Source: Prolixibacteraceae bacterium UBA6029 (GTDB lineage Bacteria > Bacteroidota > Bacteroidia > Bacteroidales > Prolixibacteraceae). Taken from it: a DNA stretch of 64,000 bases. The notes beneath the pieces are model-generated. The model was not told where the DNA came from. It saw nothing but the letters and a program-made list of their open reading frames with translations, and did not search any database. Shown piece by piece: positions 11,426 to 22,100 of this stretch. The position numbers and the translations under genes were made by a program. The first letter of the stretch is position 1, and every line of letters starts with the position of its first letter. The DNA lies in contig DIZL01000048.1 of assembly GCA_002429385.1 (NCBI GenBank), forward strand, positions 800 through 64,799, read 5' to 3'.

Positions 11426-12301
11426 TTGCACCGTATGAAATTTAATTCAGTGATACTATTACTGATCCTTACGACAATCTGGAACACCCCTGTCGTTCGG
11501 TCACAGGTTATACTGAAAAACTGTATTTTTCAAGATGAAGACAAACATCTGGTAGAAAAAAAATTAAACAGTTTTTCTCAGGAAATTAATAAGCCTATTG
11601 CTGACCTCGTAGCCGACATCGGTTTTTCATTTCTTGGAACTCCTTACGTTGCAGCAACTCTTGAAAACGGGCTTGAAGAAAAACTTGTAATTAACCTTCG
11701 TGAACTGGACTGTACCACATTTGCCGAAACTTGCCTGGCCCTGGCACGAACGGTTAAATCAGGGAAGACTGATTTTGAATCGTTTGCCGCTCAACTTGAA
11801 CAAATAAGGTACCGGGATGGGATTCGAAATCAATATCCTTCACGCCTGCACTATTTCAGCGAATGGATTCACAATAATGCCGAAAAGAAAATCATCAGTG
11901 AAGAGCCAAATCTCACTGGCGTAAAGCTTATTAAACCTATAAATTTCATGAGTGAACATCCCGGAGATTATCCTGTGCTGAAAGCTCATCCTGAATTGAT
12001 ACCATCAATAGCTATTCAGGAAAAGAAACTTTCGTCCAGGGAAATTTATTACTTCCCCAAAAACAATCCCGGCAATCTGCTTAAATCATTGCACCACGGG
12101 GACATTATCGGCTTGACTTCTGGCATTGAAGGAATCGATATCAATCACGTCGGCATCGTTATCCGTAAAGGCAACGGGTTTCATCTGTTGCATGCTTCAC
12201 TGAGCGGTGAAAAAGTAGTCTTATCGGATGGTCCCATTACTGATTTTATACGACCTGAATCAAAGAATAGCGGAATTATGATTGCACGACCGATTTTCTA
12301 A
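11426..12301 (+). CDS. DUF1460-family (amidase-like) secreted protein
   Basis: 291 aa with a signal peptide. The LDCTTFAETCLALAR block is typical of DUF1460 as I recall it. Confidence 0.55.
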   Translation: MHRMKFNSVILLLILTTIWNTPVVRSQVILKNCIFQDEDKHLVEKKLNSFSQEINKPIADLVADIGFSFLGTPYVAATLENGLEEKLVINLRELDCTTFAETCLALARTVKSGKTDFESFAAQLEQIRYRDGIRNQYPSRLHYFSEWIHNNAEKKIISEEPNLTGVKLIKPINFMSEHPGDYPVLKAHPELIPSIAIQEKKLSSREIYYFPKNNPGNLLKSLHHGDIIGLTSGIEGIDINHVGIVIRKGNGFHLLHASLSGEKVVLSDGPITDFIRPESKNSGIMIARPIF

Positions 12302-12347
12302 TCCTCACCTTTGGATTTGCCAAATAATTTGTATCTTTAGGTTTCAA

Positions 12348-12527
12348 ATGAGTTCAAGCCAAAGTCTGACGATACGATTCAGAAATGAACTCCCTGACTT
12401 CGGACACCAATTTTATATTCCTCAAAATCTACTTCAGGAAAACCATAAACAGGCTTTCGAGCTACACGGAAGGGTTCTGGGTAGGGATTGCGTCGTGTTT
12501 CCTTCGGATGAATTAATCTATGATTGA
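12348..12527 (+). CDS. Candidate 59-aa protein of unknown family (coding status unproven)
   Basis: ATG..TGA frame conserved in length and phase with 45167..45346(-), with 33/59 identical residues. A TATCTTTA box lies 8 nt upstream of the ATG. The last 13 codons lie in the conserved core around the palindrome. Confidence 0.4.
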   Translation: MSSSQSLTIRFRNELPDFGHQFYIPQNLLQENHKQAFELHGRVLGRDCVVFPSDELIYD

Positions 12528-12579
12528 TTTGCAACTGTACAAAGATCGCGATTTTAGTACTGTTGCAGATCAGTCATAG
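12518..12579. repeat. 62-bp imperfect palindrome (23-bp arms, 16-nt loop), copy A
   Basis: Arm ctatgattgatttgcaactgtac, loop aaagatcgcgatttta, arm gtactgttgcagatcagtcatag. 20/23 arm positions pair. Flanked by ttccttcgg (12500-12508) and ccgaaggaa (12590-12598). Confidence 0.85.
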
Positions 12580-12796
12580 TACAGATATACCGAAGGAATA
12601 CCCTCTCAAACCCCTCCCTGAATACTCTGGGATTCCTTCGATCAGTTACTTTAATGGATGGACTAATCGTAAAAAGACCTATTGAAAAAGAATCCAGGGG
12701 AGCAGCTCTTCAGGGGATAATGCGACCCCTGCATATTTAATCCGCAATTTATTCTCCTTTTTTATAAGCTATTTCCTTGAAAGAGGTCGTTTTTGT

Positions 12797-12804
12797 TAAT
12801 TTTG
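12797..12804 (+). promoter_or_regulatory. -7 box TAATTTTG upstream of the acyltransferase gene
   Basis: Exact TAnnTTTG motif 24 nt before ATG 12829. It lies downstream of the TTG used by the ORF track. Confidence 0.5.
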
Positions 12805-12828
12805 CAGCTTTCCAACATCAAATACGGC

Positions 12829-13719
12829 ATGGAATCATTGGTTGATCGTTTTATTGTTGTCTTATGCAAATTGACTGCACGACTACCTTTTTGGGTGATC
12901 TTCGGACTGGCAGACATTTTCTATTTTGTAATCTTTTATGTGATCAGGTATCGTCGGGATATCGTTCATGAGAATCTGACACGGTCGTTCCCTGAGAAAA
13001 GTAAGGAAGAAATCAGGAAAATAGAGAAGAAGTTTTACCATCATTTAAGCGATATTGGTCTGGAGACGATCAAATATAGTCGTATGACCGAGAAGCAAAT
13101 CGATGACCGATTGAAAGTTCATAATCTTGACCTCTATGAGGAATATTACCAACAGGGGAAAAGCATTATCGTGCTTGGCATGCACCACAACAATTGGGAA
13201 TGGAGCGGATCGTTGCAAAGGTTTATTAAAGCGCAGTTTTTGGTTGTTTACAATCCCACACGAAAAAATAAAGCCTTTGAAAGATTTCTTCTCGATACAC
13301 GTGAACGTTTTGGAGCCCTTTCTATTCCTGTAAATCATTCTGTGCGAACAGCGCTGGAGTTTAATCATGCTGAAAGACCGGGAAGCCTGATGCTTGCTGC
13401 TGATCAGACTCCAATAGCCAATTCACAATTCTGGACGATTTTCCTGAATCAGGAGACAGCTTTCTTCCCTGGACCAATGAAAATCGCCATAAAGACCAAT
13501 CAGCCAGTCATTATGCACCATACCCGCAAAATCGGTCGAGGACGCTATGAAGTATTCCATTATAAACTGGTTGAAAACCCCGCCGAGGTAAAACCTGAAG
13601 AAATCCTGATGGCTTACGTCCGAAAACTGGAAGAGATAATCAGGGCTGAACCCGAATATTGGTTATGGTCGCATCGTCGCTGGAAACATAAGAGGCCAGA
13701 ACATATTCCACTTCAGTAA
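12829..13719 (+). CDS. Lipid A biosynthesis (LpxL/HtrB-family) lauroyl/late acyltransferase
   Basis: Track ORF 12793..13719. N-terminal TM helix, HX4E acyltransferase motif (MHHNNWEW), and a typical C-terminal EYWLWSHRRWK. I prefer the start at ATG 12829. Confidence 0.75.
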   Translation: MESLVDRFIVVLCKLTARLPFWVIFGLADIFYFVIFYVIRYRRDIVHENLTRSFPEKSKEEIRKIEKKFYHHLSDIGLETIKYSRMTEKQIDDRLKVHNLDLYEEYYQQGKSIIVLGMHHNNWEWSGSLQRFIKAQFLVVYNPTRKNKAFERFLLDTRERFGALSIPVNHSVRTALEFNHAERPGSLMLAADQTPIANSQFWTIFLNQETAFFPGPMKIAIKTNQPVIMHHTRKIGRGRYEVFHYKLVENPAEVKPEEILMAYVRKLEEIIRAEPEYWLWSHRRWKHKRPEHIPLQ

Positions 13720-13730
13720 TTACAACTCCT

Positions 13731-16241
13731 TTACATGGGGTCTACATCCGCATAAACAATCAAATTGCTGTTGTTTGGCTGTGATTTGGTATGATTGATG
13801 ATCTCCATGATCTTCGATTTTGCCTCTTGAATCTTGCCATCACGGGGAATTTTAATCAGTATTTCTTTCTGAAACCACATTTGGATTCTCCCTACCACTG
13901 GATATTCAGGGCCAAGGACATTACGGTTAAAGTGAACTTTAAAAGCAGTAGCAAGGTGCTGTGCTGCCAGATCAAGCCGGTCTTTATTCTTGTTTTTCAC
14001 AACAATCTTAATTAGCCTGTAGTACGGCGGATAACGGAACATCTTCCTTTCAGCCATTTGCCTGCTAAAGAGGCGGTAGTAATCGTTTGCTATCACATCC
14101 TGAATGACTGGATGATTGGGTTGACTGGTCTGAACAACCACTTTTCCACGATTATTCTTACGCCCTGCCCTACCGCTCACCTGCATAATGAGTTGGAAAC
14201 TTCGCTCGTAGGAACGGAAGTCAGGATAATTCAATAGATTGTCCGCATTCAAAACCCCCACTACTCTGACATGGTCAAAATCAAGGCCTTTGGTTACCAT
14301 TTGAGTACCAACAAGGATATCAATTTTGCCGGTTTCAAACTTCCATATCAATTGTTCATAGGCTCTTTTTGCCCGTGTGGTATCCAGATCCATCCGTGCA
14401 ATCCGCGCCTCAGGGAAAAGAAGCTGAATCTCTTCTTCTATCTTTTCGGTGCCAAAGCCACGTGTTTTTATCTCAGTCGATCCACATTCACCACATTTGG
14501 TAACCATAGAAGTGGTGTTTCCACAATAATGACAGATCAGGCTTGATTTATTTTTGTGGTAGGTAAGACTCACATCGCAATATTTGCATTTGGGAATCCA
14601 GCCACAGGTTGTACACTGAACAAATGGGGCGAATCCGCGGCGATTTTGGAAAAGGATGACCTGCTCCTTATTTGCCAATGCCGATGTGATTTCATCATAA
14701 AGTTCAGGAGTAAAAACCGATCTCATCAGCTTGCGCTTGTATGCCTCCTGGGTATTCCCTGTAATAAGTTCAGGCATTTCAATCCCCAGAAACCGCTCAT
14801 TCAGATTAACCAGTCCGTATTTATTGCTGCGGGCGTTGAAATACGTTTCATAGGATGGCGTTGCAGAACCCAGCAAAACCTTCGCCCCATGTATATTTCC
14901 CATCAGGATAGCCATATCACGGGCATTGTACCGGGGAGCAGGATCCATCTGCTTGTAAGAATTCTCGTGTTCTTCATCTACTATGATCAGACCCAGATCT
15001 TTGAACGGTAGAAAGATTGCCGAACGCGCGCCGAGAATAACCTTGTATTGCTGTCCCGTTTTACCAGTTGCTTCATTCAGAACGTTAAACCAGATTTCCA
15101 CCCTTTCAGCATCATTAAATTTAGAATGATATATTCCCGCTAAATCACCAAAAGCTGTTTTCAGTCGGGTGATGATCTGAGTGGTCAGCCCAATTTCAGG
15201 TACAAGATATAAGACCTGCTTCCCAAGTTTTAACTGCTCTTCAATCAGCCTTATGTAGATTTCTGTTTTGCCACTCGAAGTTACTCCATTCAGCAACACG
15301 GTTTGATGAATTTCAAACTGTTTCAATATATCGTCATATGCAGTTTGCTGAGGCAGTGTTAGCTCTTTGATCAGCAAATCATCATTTTGTAACCTTTCAA
15401 TTCTCCCGGTTTCTTTCTGAAACAATTCCAGGATATGCTTTTCTTCAAGACCTTTCAACGCAGTATCTGTAGCATCAGCAAGTTCGAGTAAATCTTTCTT
15501 ACTCATTTCAGTCTGACTTGAATCCCCAAACATCGTTTCAGCCAGGAATATCTTCAGGAGTTGTTCCTGTTTTTTTGCCTTGCTGAGCGAATTGAGTACC
15601 GTATTCAGCTTTTCTTCTGAATTGTATTCCTGATTGAGCCTCACATAGCTGACAACTCTGGGTTTATAGCTTTCGCGAAGCTGCTCCTCAATGATTACGG
15701 CATTTTTCTCGAGAAGCAATTTAAGGATGGCAAAAGAGGATTGTTGTCCCAAAAACCGGTTTAAATCCTGCACACTGGCCGTTTTACGACTCTCGAGCAA
15801 CAGAATGACAAGATTTTCCTTTTCGCTTAAATTATCAGGTAGATTAGTTTCAGTATTAAGGCTTATTTTAGTCTGACTCTCCAGTTTCAGACCTGAAGGC
15901 AAAGCCGCTTTAAATACTTCACCCATGGAGCAGCAATAGTAATTGGCTATCCACTCCCAAAGTTGGAGTTGTTTCTCTCCCAGGATAGGTTCTTCATCCA
16001 GAATTGCTTCAATATCCTTGATCTCAAAATCGCCGGTGGGCTGGTTTTGGTGCAACTTATATACCAATGCCGAAAAGAACTTCCGTTTGCCAAATTGAAC
16101 GATCACACGAATGCCGGTTCTGATCTTCATCTGGAAAGCTACAGGTACCCTATAGGTAAAGTGATAATCCAGTGGCAAAGGCAGTATTACATCGGCGAAG
16201 AGCAATTCTTCATTCATAACCGCAACGATGTTTTGTGACAC
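13731..16241 (-). CDS. priA: primosomal replication-restart helicase PriA
   Basis: 836 aa. Walker A GVTSSGKTE, DEEH box (IVDEEHENSYKQ), and a Cys-rich zinc-binding insert (CTTCGW..CKYC..CHYCG..CGECG). Confidence 0.9.
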   Translation of the reverse strand: MSQNIVAVMNEELLFADVILPLPLDYHFTYRVPVAFQMKIRTGIRVIVQFGKRKFFSALVYKLHQNQPTGDFEIKDIEAILDEEPILGEKQLQLWEWIANYYCCSMGEVFKAALPSGLKLESQTKISLNTETNLPDNLSEKENLVILLLESRKTASVQDLNRFLGQQSSFAILKLLLEKNAVIIEEQLRESYKPRVVSYVRLNQEYNSEEKLNTVLNSLSKAKKQEQLLKIFLAETMFGDSSQTEMSKKDLLELADATDTALKGLEEKHILELFQKETGRIERLQNDDLLIKELTLPQQTAYDDILKQFEIHQTVLLNGVTSSGKTEIYIRLIEEQLKLGKQVLYLVPEIGLTTQIITRLKTAFGDLAGIYHSKFNDAERVEIWFNVLNEATGKTGQQYKVILGARSAIFLPFKDLGLIIVDEEHENSYKQMDPAPRYNARDMAILMGNIHGAKVLLGSATPSYETYFNARSNKYGLVNLNERFLGIEMPELITGNTQEAYKRKLMRSVFTPELYDEITSALANKEQVILFQNRRGFAPFVQCTTCGWIPKCKYCDVSLTYHKNKSSLICHYCGNTTSMVTKCGECGSTEIKTRGFGTEKIEEEIQLLFPEARIARMDLDTTRAKRAYEQLIWKFETGKIDILVGTQMVTKGLDFDHVRVVGVLNADNLLNYPDFRSYERSFQLIMQVSGRAGRKNNRGKVVVQTSQPNHPVIQDVIANDYYRLFSRQMAERKMFRYPPYYRLIKIVVKNKNKDRLDLAAQHLATAFKVHFNRNVLGPEYPVVGRIQMWFQKEILIKIPRDGKIQEAKSKIMEIINHTKSQPNNSNLIVYADVDPM

Positions 16242-17267
16242 TCAAATATTAAGTAGCTTTTGGATATCTAATAAATTGGTATCAATGGAATGATTCAGTT
16301 TAACAGCTTTATTGAAGGGGACGTGTACAATCTTTTCATTATCCAGCCCTATCATAATACTCTTTTGGTCATCAAGCAAGGCATCAACTGCGGCAACACC
16401 CATTTTGGTTGCGTTCACCCGGTCTTTGGCCGTTGGGCTTCCTCCCCTCTGAATATGTCCCAATATTGAGACACGAACATCCAGATCAGGATGTTCTTTT
16501 CTTACTTCCTCGGCAATCTTAATAGCACCACCGGCTTCATCACCTTCGGCAACCATAATGATTCCACTGGTTTCCTTATTCTTATAACCCTTATCCAGGA
16601 ATTTCTTTAATTGATTAAAGTCCCCTTTTGCTTCAGGAATCAGGATAACCTCAGCACCACAGGCAATACCACTATTCAGGGCCAATAATCCTGCCTCACG
16701 ACCCATCACTTCGACAAAGAAAATCCTTCCGTGCGAGCGGGCTGTATCCTTGATCTTATCCACGGCTTCAACTACAGTATTCAGGGCAGTATCATAACCG
16801 ATGGTATAGTCAGTTCCGTAAATATCATTATCAATGGTACCGGGTATTCCGATAAACGGAAAATCATATTCCTGTGAGAACACCAGTGCGCCCGTAAAGG
16901 TGCCATCACCTCCGATTGCCACCACAGCATCAATTTCAGCTTTTCTCAAATGCTGGTAAGCCTTTTCACGACCTTCAGAGGTTCTGAACTCGCTGCTTCG
17001 TGCTGTTTTCAGCACAGTCCCGCCAAGCTGAAGGATACCGCTTACATCCGTCGATTTTAGATTAATAAAGTCGCCTTCAATCATTCCCTGGTATCCACGA
17101 CGGATACCTACCACTTTTAACTTATTCGCAATAGCAGCGCGGGTTACTGCCCGAATGGCTGCATTCATGCCTGGTGCGTCACCCCCTGAGGTAAATACAC
17201 CTATCTTCTGTAATTTCTTTCGCTTTGGTGAATGCTCTGAACTTATATTATCTATAACCATAGTCAT
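16242..17267 (-). CDS. pfkA: ATP-dependent 6-phosphofructokinase
   Basis: GVFTSGGDAPGMNAAIRAV, IGGDGT and MGREAG motifs. The gene abuts priA with no spacer. Confidence 0.9.
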   Translation of the reverse strand: MTMVIDNISSEHSPKRKKLQKIGVFTSGGDAPGMNAAIRAVTRAAIANKLKVVGIRRGYQGMIEGDFINLKSTDVSGILQLGGTVLKTARSSEFRTSEGREKAYQHLRKAEIDAVVAIGGDGTFTGALVFSQEYDFPFIGIPGTIDNDIYGTDYTIGYDTALNTVVEAVDKIKDTARSHGRIFFVEVMGREAGLLALNSGIACGAEVILIPEAKGDFNQLKKFLDKGYKNKETSGIIMVAEGDEAGGAIKIAEEVRKEHPDLDVRVSILGHIQRGGSPTAKDRVNATKMGVAAVDALLDDQKSIMIGLDNEKIVHVPFNKAVKLNHSIDTNLLDIQKLLNI

Positions 17268-17361
17268 ATCCTTTTACTTTTGAGAATCCGTTCAAAGTAA
17301 GTCAAAGTATTTCGAACAAAAACAATTGTCTGTTAAATACAAGCTGAAGATTAATGTTGAC

Positions 17362-18216
17362 TTAAAACTCTTTGATCTTTTCGCCCACCTGATCCATCAG
17401 CCATTGCGGAGTGGAGGTTGCCCCGCAAATCCCTACGGTTTCAACCCCTTTAAACCAATCTGCCTGAACATCTTCGGGAGAGGAAACAAAATAGCTGTGC
17501 TCATTCTGTTTCTTGCATACATCGAATAAAACCTGTGCATTGGAACTGTTATGGCCCCCTACGAAAATGATCCGTTCAAAACGAACGGCGAACCGTTGCA
17601 AATGGGAAACACGGTTCGAAACCTGACGGCAAATGGTATCGTGAGCCTCTACCCGACCGCCTTGTGCCTGATTCTGTATATTCTTTGTTAATTCTTTGAA
17701 ATCATCTACCGATTTGGTGGTTTGTGAAAAAACAATCACCGGTCGCGAAGGATCTATCTTTTTATAATCCTCAGGCTGTTCAATAATCAAGACCGAATCG
17801 TCTGTCTGACCTGCCAGACCATCCACTTCGGCATGTCCGAGGTGACCAAAGATCACAAGCTGACCATTTTCATTTTGCATAGTTTCAGCTGCTTTCTTTA
17901 CCCGTTGCTGTAATTTCAAAACCACAGGGCATGTGGCATCAACTAGGGTGATGTTGTTTTTTTGTGCATATTCATAAGTCGAAGGTGGTTCACCGTGAGC
18001 CCGTATCAATACCTTACAATCTTTTAGCTGGAAGTATTCCTTATGCCCTATCGTTTTTAATCCCATATCCTGAAGTCGCTTAACCTCCAGTTCGTTGTGC
18101 ACAATATGACCCAGAGAATAGAGCATATCTTCTGTTTCAAGCATCTTTTCAGCTTTACCAATGGCATTCACTACCCCAAAGCAAAACCCCGATTTCTGGT
18201 CAATTTCTATAATCAC
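17362..18216 (-). CDS. ispH: 4-hydroxy-3-methylbut-2-enyl diphosphate reductase
   Basis: 284 aa of LytB/IspH type. Conserved Cys contexts SGFCFGV and ATCPVV. Confidence 0.88.
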   Translation of the reverse strand: MIIEIDQKSGFCFGVVNAIGKAEKMLETEDMLYSLGHIVHNELEVKRLQDMGLKTIGHKEYFQLKDCKVLIRAHGEPPSTYEYAQKNNITLVDATCPVVLKLQQRVKKAAETMQNENGQLVIFGHLGHAEVDGLAGQTDDSVLIIEQPEDYKKIDPSRPVIVFSQTTKSVDDFKELTKNIQNQAQGGRVEAHDTICRQVSNRVSHLQRFAVRFERIIFVGGHNSSNAQVLFDVCKKQNEHSYFVSSPEDVQADWFKGVETVGICGATSTPQWLMDQVGEKIKEF

Positions 18217-18287
18217 TTGTCAATTCCTGTTATTTGTACCATCAAATAAACGAACATAAAATACACTACCCTCATATCAGCAAGCAG

Positions 18288-19025
18288 CTACCTGGAACCT
18301 GGAACCTGGAATTTGGAACTTGTTCCCTCCAATTTCTCCTCCACATTTCTGATCACCCATTCCATTTGTTCTTCACGGGTCATATCACTGTTATCCAACA
18401 CCAATGCATCATCGGCTTTCCGAAGAGGACTGGCTTTACGGGTCGAATCAATACGATCACGCTCCATAATATTTTGAAGAATCTCATCAAATGAAACATT
18501 TTCGCCCTTTGACTTAAGCTCATCAAAACGTCGTTTGGCGCGTATTTCAGTAGATGCTGTTACAAACAGTTTAAACTCAGCGTCAGGAAAGACTACGGTC
18601 CCAATATCGCGGCCATCCATAACGATGCCTTTATTTCGACCCATTTCCTGCTGAAAGCGAACCATAGCCTTACGAACTTCAGCAATAGTAGCCACTGGGC
18701 TCACGTTTTGTGATACGGTTAACTGCCTGATTTCTTCTTCCACATTTTCACCGTTCAGAAACGTATCACTCCTTTGCCGTTCAGGGTTGTACCTGAAATC
18801 AATTCTTATTTCAGGCAGCGCCCCGATTAATTCTTCCCGCTTCACTTCACCGTCAATAATCAGGTTGTGACGTAAGGCATACAACGTGACAGCGCGGTAC
18901 ATTGCACCACTATCAATAAATATATATCCGAAACGGACAGCTACAGCTTTTGCAATCGTACTCTTTCCACATGACGAATGCCCGTCGATGGCAATAATTA
19001 TCTGGTGATCAATCATTCTTTTCAT
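18288..19025 (-). CDS. cmk: cytidylate kinase
   Basis: P-loop [16 protein letters not shown]. The C-terminal ~10 residues (SKFQVPGSR) are encoded by the heptamer repeat at 18291..18318. Confidence 0.88.
   Translation of the reverse strand: MKRMIDHQIIIAIDGHSSCGKSTIAKAVAVRFGYIFIDSGAMYRAVTLYALRHNLIIDGEVKREELIGALPEIRIDFRYNPERQRSDTFLNGENVEEEIRQLTVSQNVSPVATIAEVRKAMVRFQQEMGRNKGIVMDGRDIGTVVFPDAEFKLFVTASTEIRAKRRFDELKSKGENVSFDEILQNIMERDRIDSTRKASPLRKADDALVLDNSDMTREEQMEWVIRNVEEKLEGTSSKFQVPGSR
18291..18318. repeat. Tandem heptamer repeat (CCTGGAA x3 plus TTTGGAA)
   Basis: Read directly as cctggaa cctggaa cctggaa tttggaa. It overlaps the 3' end of cmk. Confidence 0.8.
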
Positions 19026-19035
19026 TTGTTTGTGA

Positions 19036-19043
19036 CAAAGATA
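19036..19043 (-). promoter_or_regulatory. -7 box TATCTTTG upstream of cmk
   Basis: The minus strand reads ttTATCTTTGtcac, 10 nt before the first ATG. This implies a near-leaderless mRNA or use of the second ATG. Confidence 0.5.
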
Positions 19044-19125
19044 AAGTAATTATGCTTTCCCGTGTAATTTACACAAATTTGCAGCAACCAATAGGATTAT
19101 TACAACGCTACAAAATTCGTAAACG

Positions 19126-22100
19126 ATGCAAAAATTATCTTTCAAACTGCTGGCTCTGATCATTATGGGATTTACTTTCTGTCAACGAGTGGCCGCTCAG
19201 GACGAAGCCCGGCTGATGCGTTTCCCTGATATCAATAAAAACATGGTTGCTTTCGTGTATGCGGGCGACATCTGGACCGTTGACTCCAACGGAGGTGAAG
19301 CAAGACGTCTGACCTCTCATTCAGGGCTGGAACTTTTTCCAAAGATATCACCTGACAGCAAATGGATTGCCTTTTCGGGCGAATATTCAGGAAGCAGGCA
19401 GATTTTTGTAATACCTTCAACTGGTGGGACTCCCAGACAATTGACGTTCTACAATTCTGTAGGAATGATGCCACCACGTGGAGGGTTCGACGATGTGCCG
19501 CTCGACTGGACCTCGGACAGTAAAAACATACTGATCCGTGCGAACCGCACTCCTTTTGGTGACCGAAACGGTAAATATTACCTGGTAAGCCTGGATGGCG
19601 GACTGGAGAAACCACTGCCTATCGTCAACGGAGGGTTTGCCAAATTCTCACCTGACAATAAAAAAATCTGTTTCACACCAATCGATCGTGAATTTCGAAC
19701 CTGGAAACGTTACAAGGGTGGACGTGCATCCGATTTATGGGTCTATGATCTCGAAAACCAAACCTCAGAACAGATTACTGACTTCAAGGGCACGGATCAA
19801 CTTCCAACCTGGTTTGGCGAGAACATCTATTTTGCCTCCGACCGTGACCTGAAGCTAAACATTTATCAATACAATACCAAAACTAAAGCCTTGAAACAAA
19901 TGACCACACATGCTGATTTTGATTGCATGTGGCCTTCAGGCGAAAACGGGCAAATGGTTTATGAGAATGGCGGATACCTTTATAAACTGAATCTGCTAAC
20001 AGGTAAAGAAGAAAAACTGAATGTCAGTATTCATTTTGATAACCCCAATATCGTTCCCTATTATAAAAACGTAAAGGATTTTATACAGAGCTTTGAAATT
20101 TCACCTACAGGCAAACGAGCGCTGATATCGGCCAGGGGAGATATCTTCTCTATCCCTGCCGAAAACGGACCAACCTATAATCTGACCAATACGCAAGGCG
20201 TTCGGGAAATCTACCCCCGCTGGTCGCCTGATGGTAAATACATTTCTTACTATTCTGATGCTTCGGGCGAATATGAAATCTACCTGCTCGAAAACAAGAA
20301 AGGCGCAACACCTCGTCAACTTACCACTGGATCGTCTGCCTGGAAATATGATGCAGAATGGTCGCCCAACAGTAAAAAACTGCTTTATTTCGACCGTACA
20401 CTGCAACTTAAACTGGTGGATATTGAAACAGGAAAGACAACCATAGTCGCTCATGCCGACCGCAGTGAGATTCATTCCTATGTATTCTCTCCTGATTCGA
20501 AATGGATTGCCTATGACAAAGAAGGCGGGAATGGATTGGGCGCGATATGGGTCTATAACCTTGAAACCGCGCAGAACACTCAGTTGACCGATGCTTCATT
20601 TAATGATGGCTCGGCTGTGTTCTCAAAAGATGGTAAATACATCTATTTCGTTTCTGACCGGGACTTCAACCTCGACTTTTCAAGTTTCGAATTTAATTAC
20701 GTGTACAACAAATCGGCCAGGATTTATGCAATGGCGTTGAAAGCCGATTGCCCTAAATTATTCAGGGATAAAAACGATATAGAACCAATAAGGGAAGCCG
20801 AAAAGACCAGGGAAGAACCGAAGAAGGATAAAAAAGGAAAGAAGGAAGAAAAAGCGGCAACTAAAGACTCAATTAACGTACAGATAGACTTTGAAGGAAT
20901 CAATTCCAGGATCACCGCTTTTCCATTAAATGCTGGCATTTATAACAATCTGATGGCTGTTGATGGTGGCATCATGTACATCAGTGAAGGTTCTCTCCAC
21001 AAATATACGATCGAAGACAAGAAGGATGAAGAAGTGATTGACAAAGCAGGACAGGCTGTATTGAGTGCTGATGGAAAAATGATGATTTATCGCTCAGGCA
21101 AAGATTTTGGGATTACCAAACTTACTGCAGGACAGAAATCAGGCGCAGGAAAACTGAATCTTGAGGATATGGTCATGAAGATTGATCCGAAGAAAGAATG
21201 GGCTCAGATCTACACTGACGGATGGCGCATCTTCCGTGACTATTTCTATGAAAGTAATATGCATGGAGTCGACTGGAAAGGCATCAGGGAACGATACAAT
21301 CCGTTGGTTCAGTATGTCAGTCACCGCGCTGACCTGGATTATATCCTGGGTGAAATCATTGCTGAAACCAACACTGGTCACTGTTACGACGACTGGGGCG
21401 ATTTTGAACACGTAAAACGGGTAGATACCGGCTTACTGGGTGCAGAGTTAACGACAGACCAAGCCTCAGGCAAATATAAGATTTCTAAAATATATGCCGG
21501 TGAGAACTGGAACGAATCCCGTCGCTCGCCACTCACAGAGCAGGGGGTAAATGTTAAGGAAGGTGATTATCTGATCGCAATCAACGGAACAGAACTGAAT
21601 GGTTCCATGAATCCTTACGAGCTGCTCGAAAACACGGTTGGGAAGACAGCCGAACTGACAGTCAATTCGAAGCCAGAAACGTCTGGTGCAAAAACCTATA
21701 CGATCAGACCCATAGCCAGTGAACTGGAATTATTGAACCTGAACTGGGTGATGGAACGACGCAAGATGGTTGACAAGCTCTCAGGAGGAAAAATCGGCTA
21801 TATTTACGTACCAAACACTTCTACCGACGGGAACCGTGAGCTCTACCGAGGTATGTACGAGTATAACGAAAAAGACGCCCTGATCATTGACGACAGGTAC
21901 AATGGAGGTGGTTTTATCCCCGATGTGATGACCAACCTGCTCGAACGCAAAACACTCAGCTATTGGCAGCGTAACGGATTGTCGGCCATGAAAACCCCCG
22001 GGATTGCGCATAACGGTCCCAAAGTCATGCTTACAAATGGTTATTCTTCCTCAGGTGGTGATGCATTCCCCTATTATTTCCGAAAGAAAGGTCTTGGAAC

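Larger units (their letters stand above)
12308..12605 (+). repeat. Copy 1 of a ~295-bp dispersed module (promoter-like box, 59-codon ORF, long palindrome, GAGGG box)
   Basis: Aligns end-to-end with the reverse complement of 45089..45380. The 258 nt from the ATG to the end of the box are collinear with no indel. Confidence 0.85.

Noticed and set aside
12282-12347. The track's longer 81-aa version of the small ORF, starting at 12282.
   Set aside because: The extra 22 codons overlap the 3' end of the DUF1460 gene in another frame and have no counterpart in the 45-kb copy. Homology begins at the promoter-like box and ATG 12348.
12518-12579. The palindrome after a short ORF as an integron attC site (gene-cassette architecture).
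   Set aside because: There are no RYYYAAC/GTTRRRY core sites in the expected positions, no tandem cassette array and no intI. The similarity is limited to 'ORF followed by an imperfect palindrome'.
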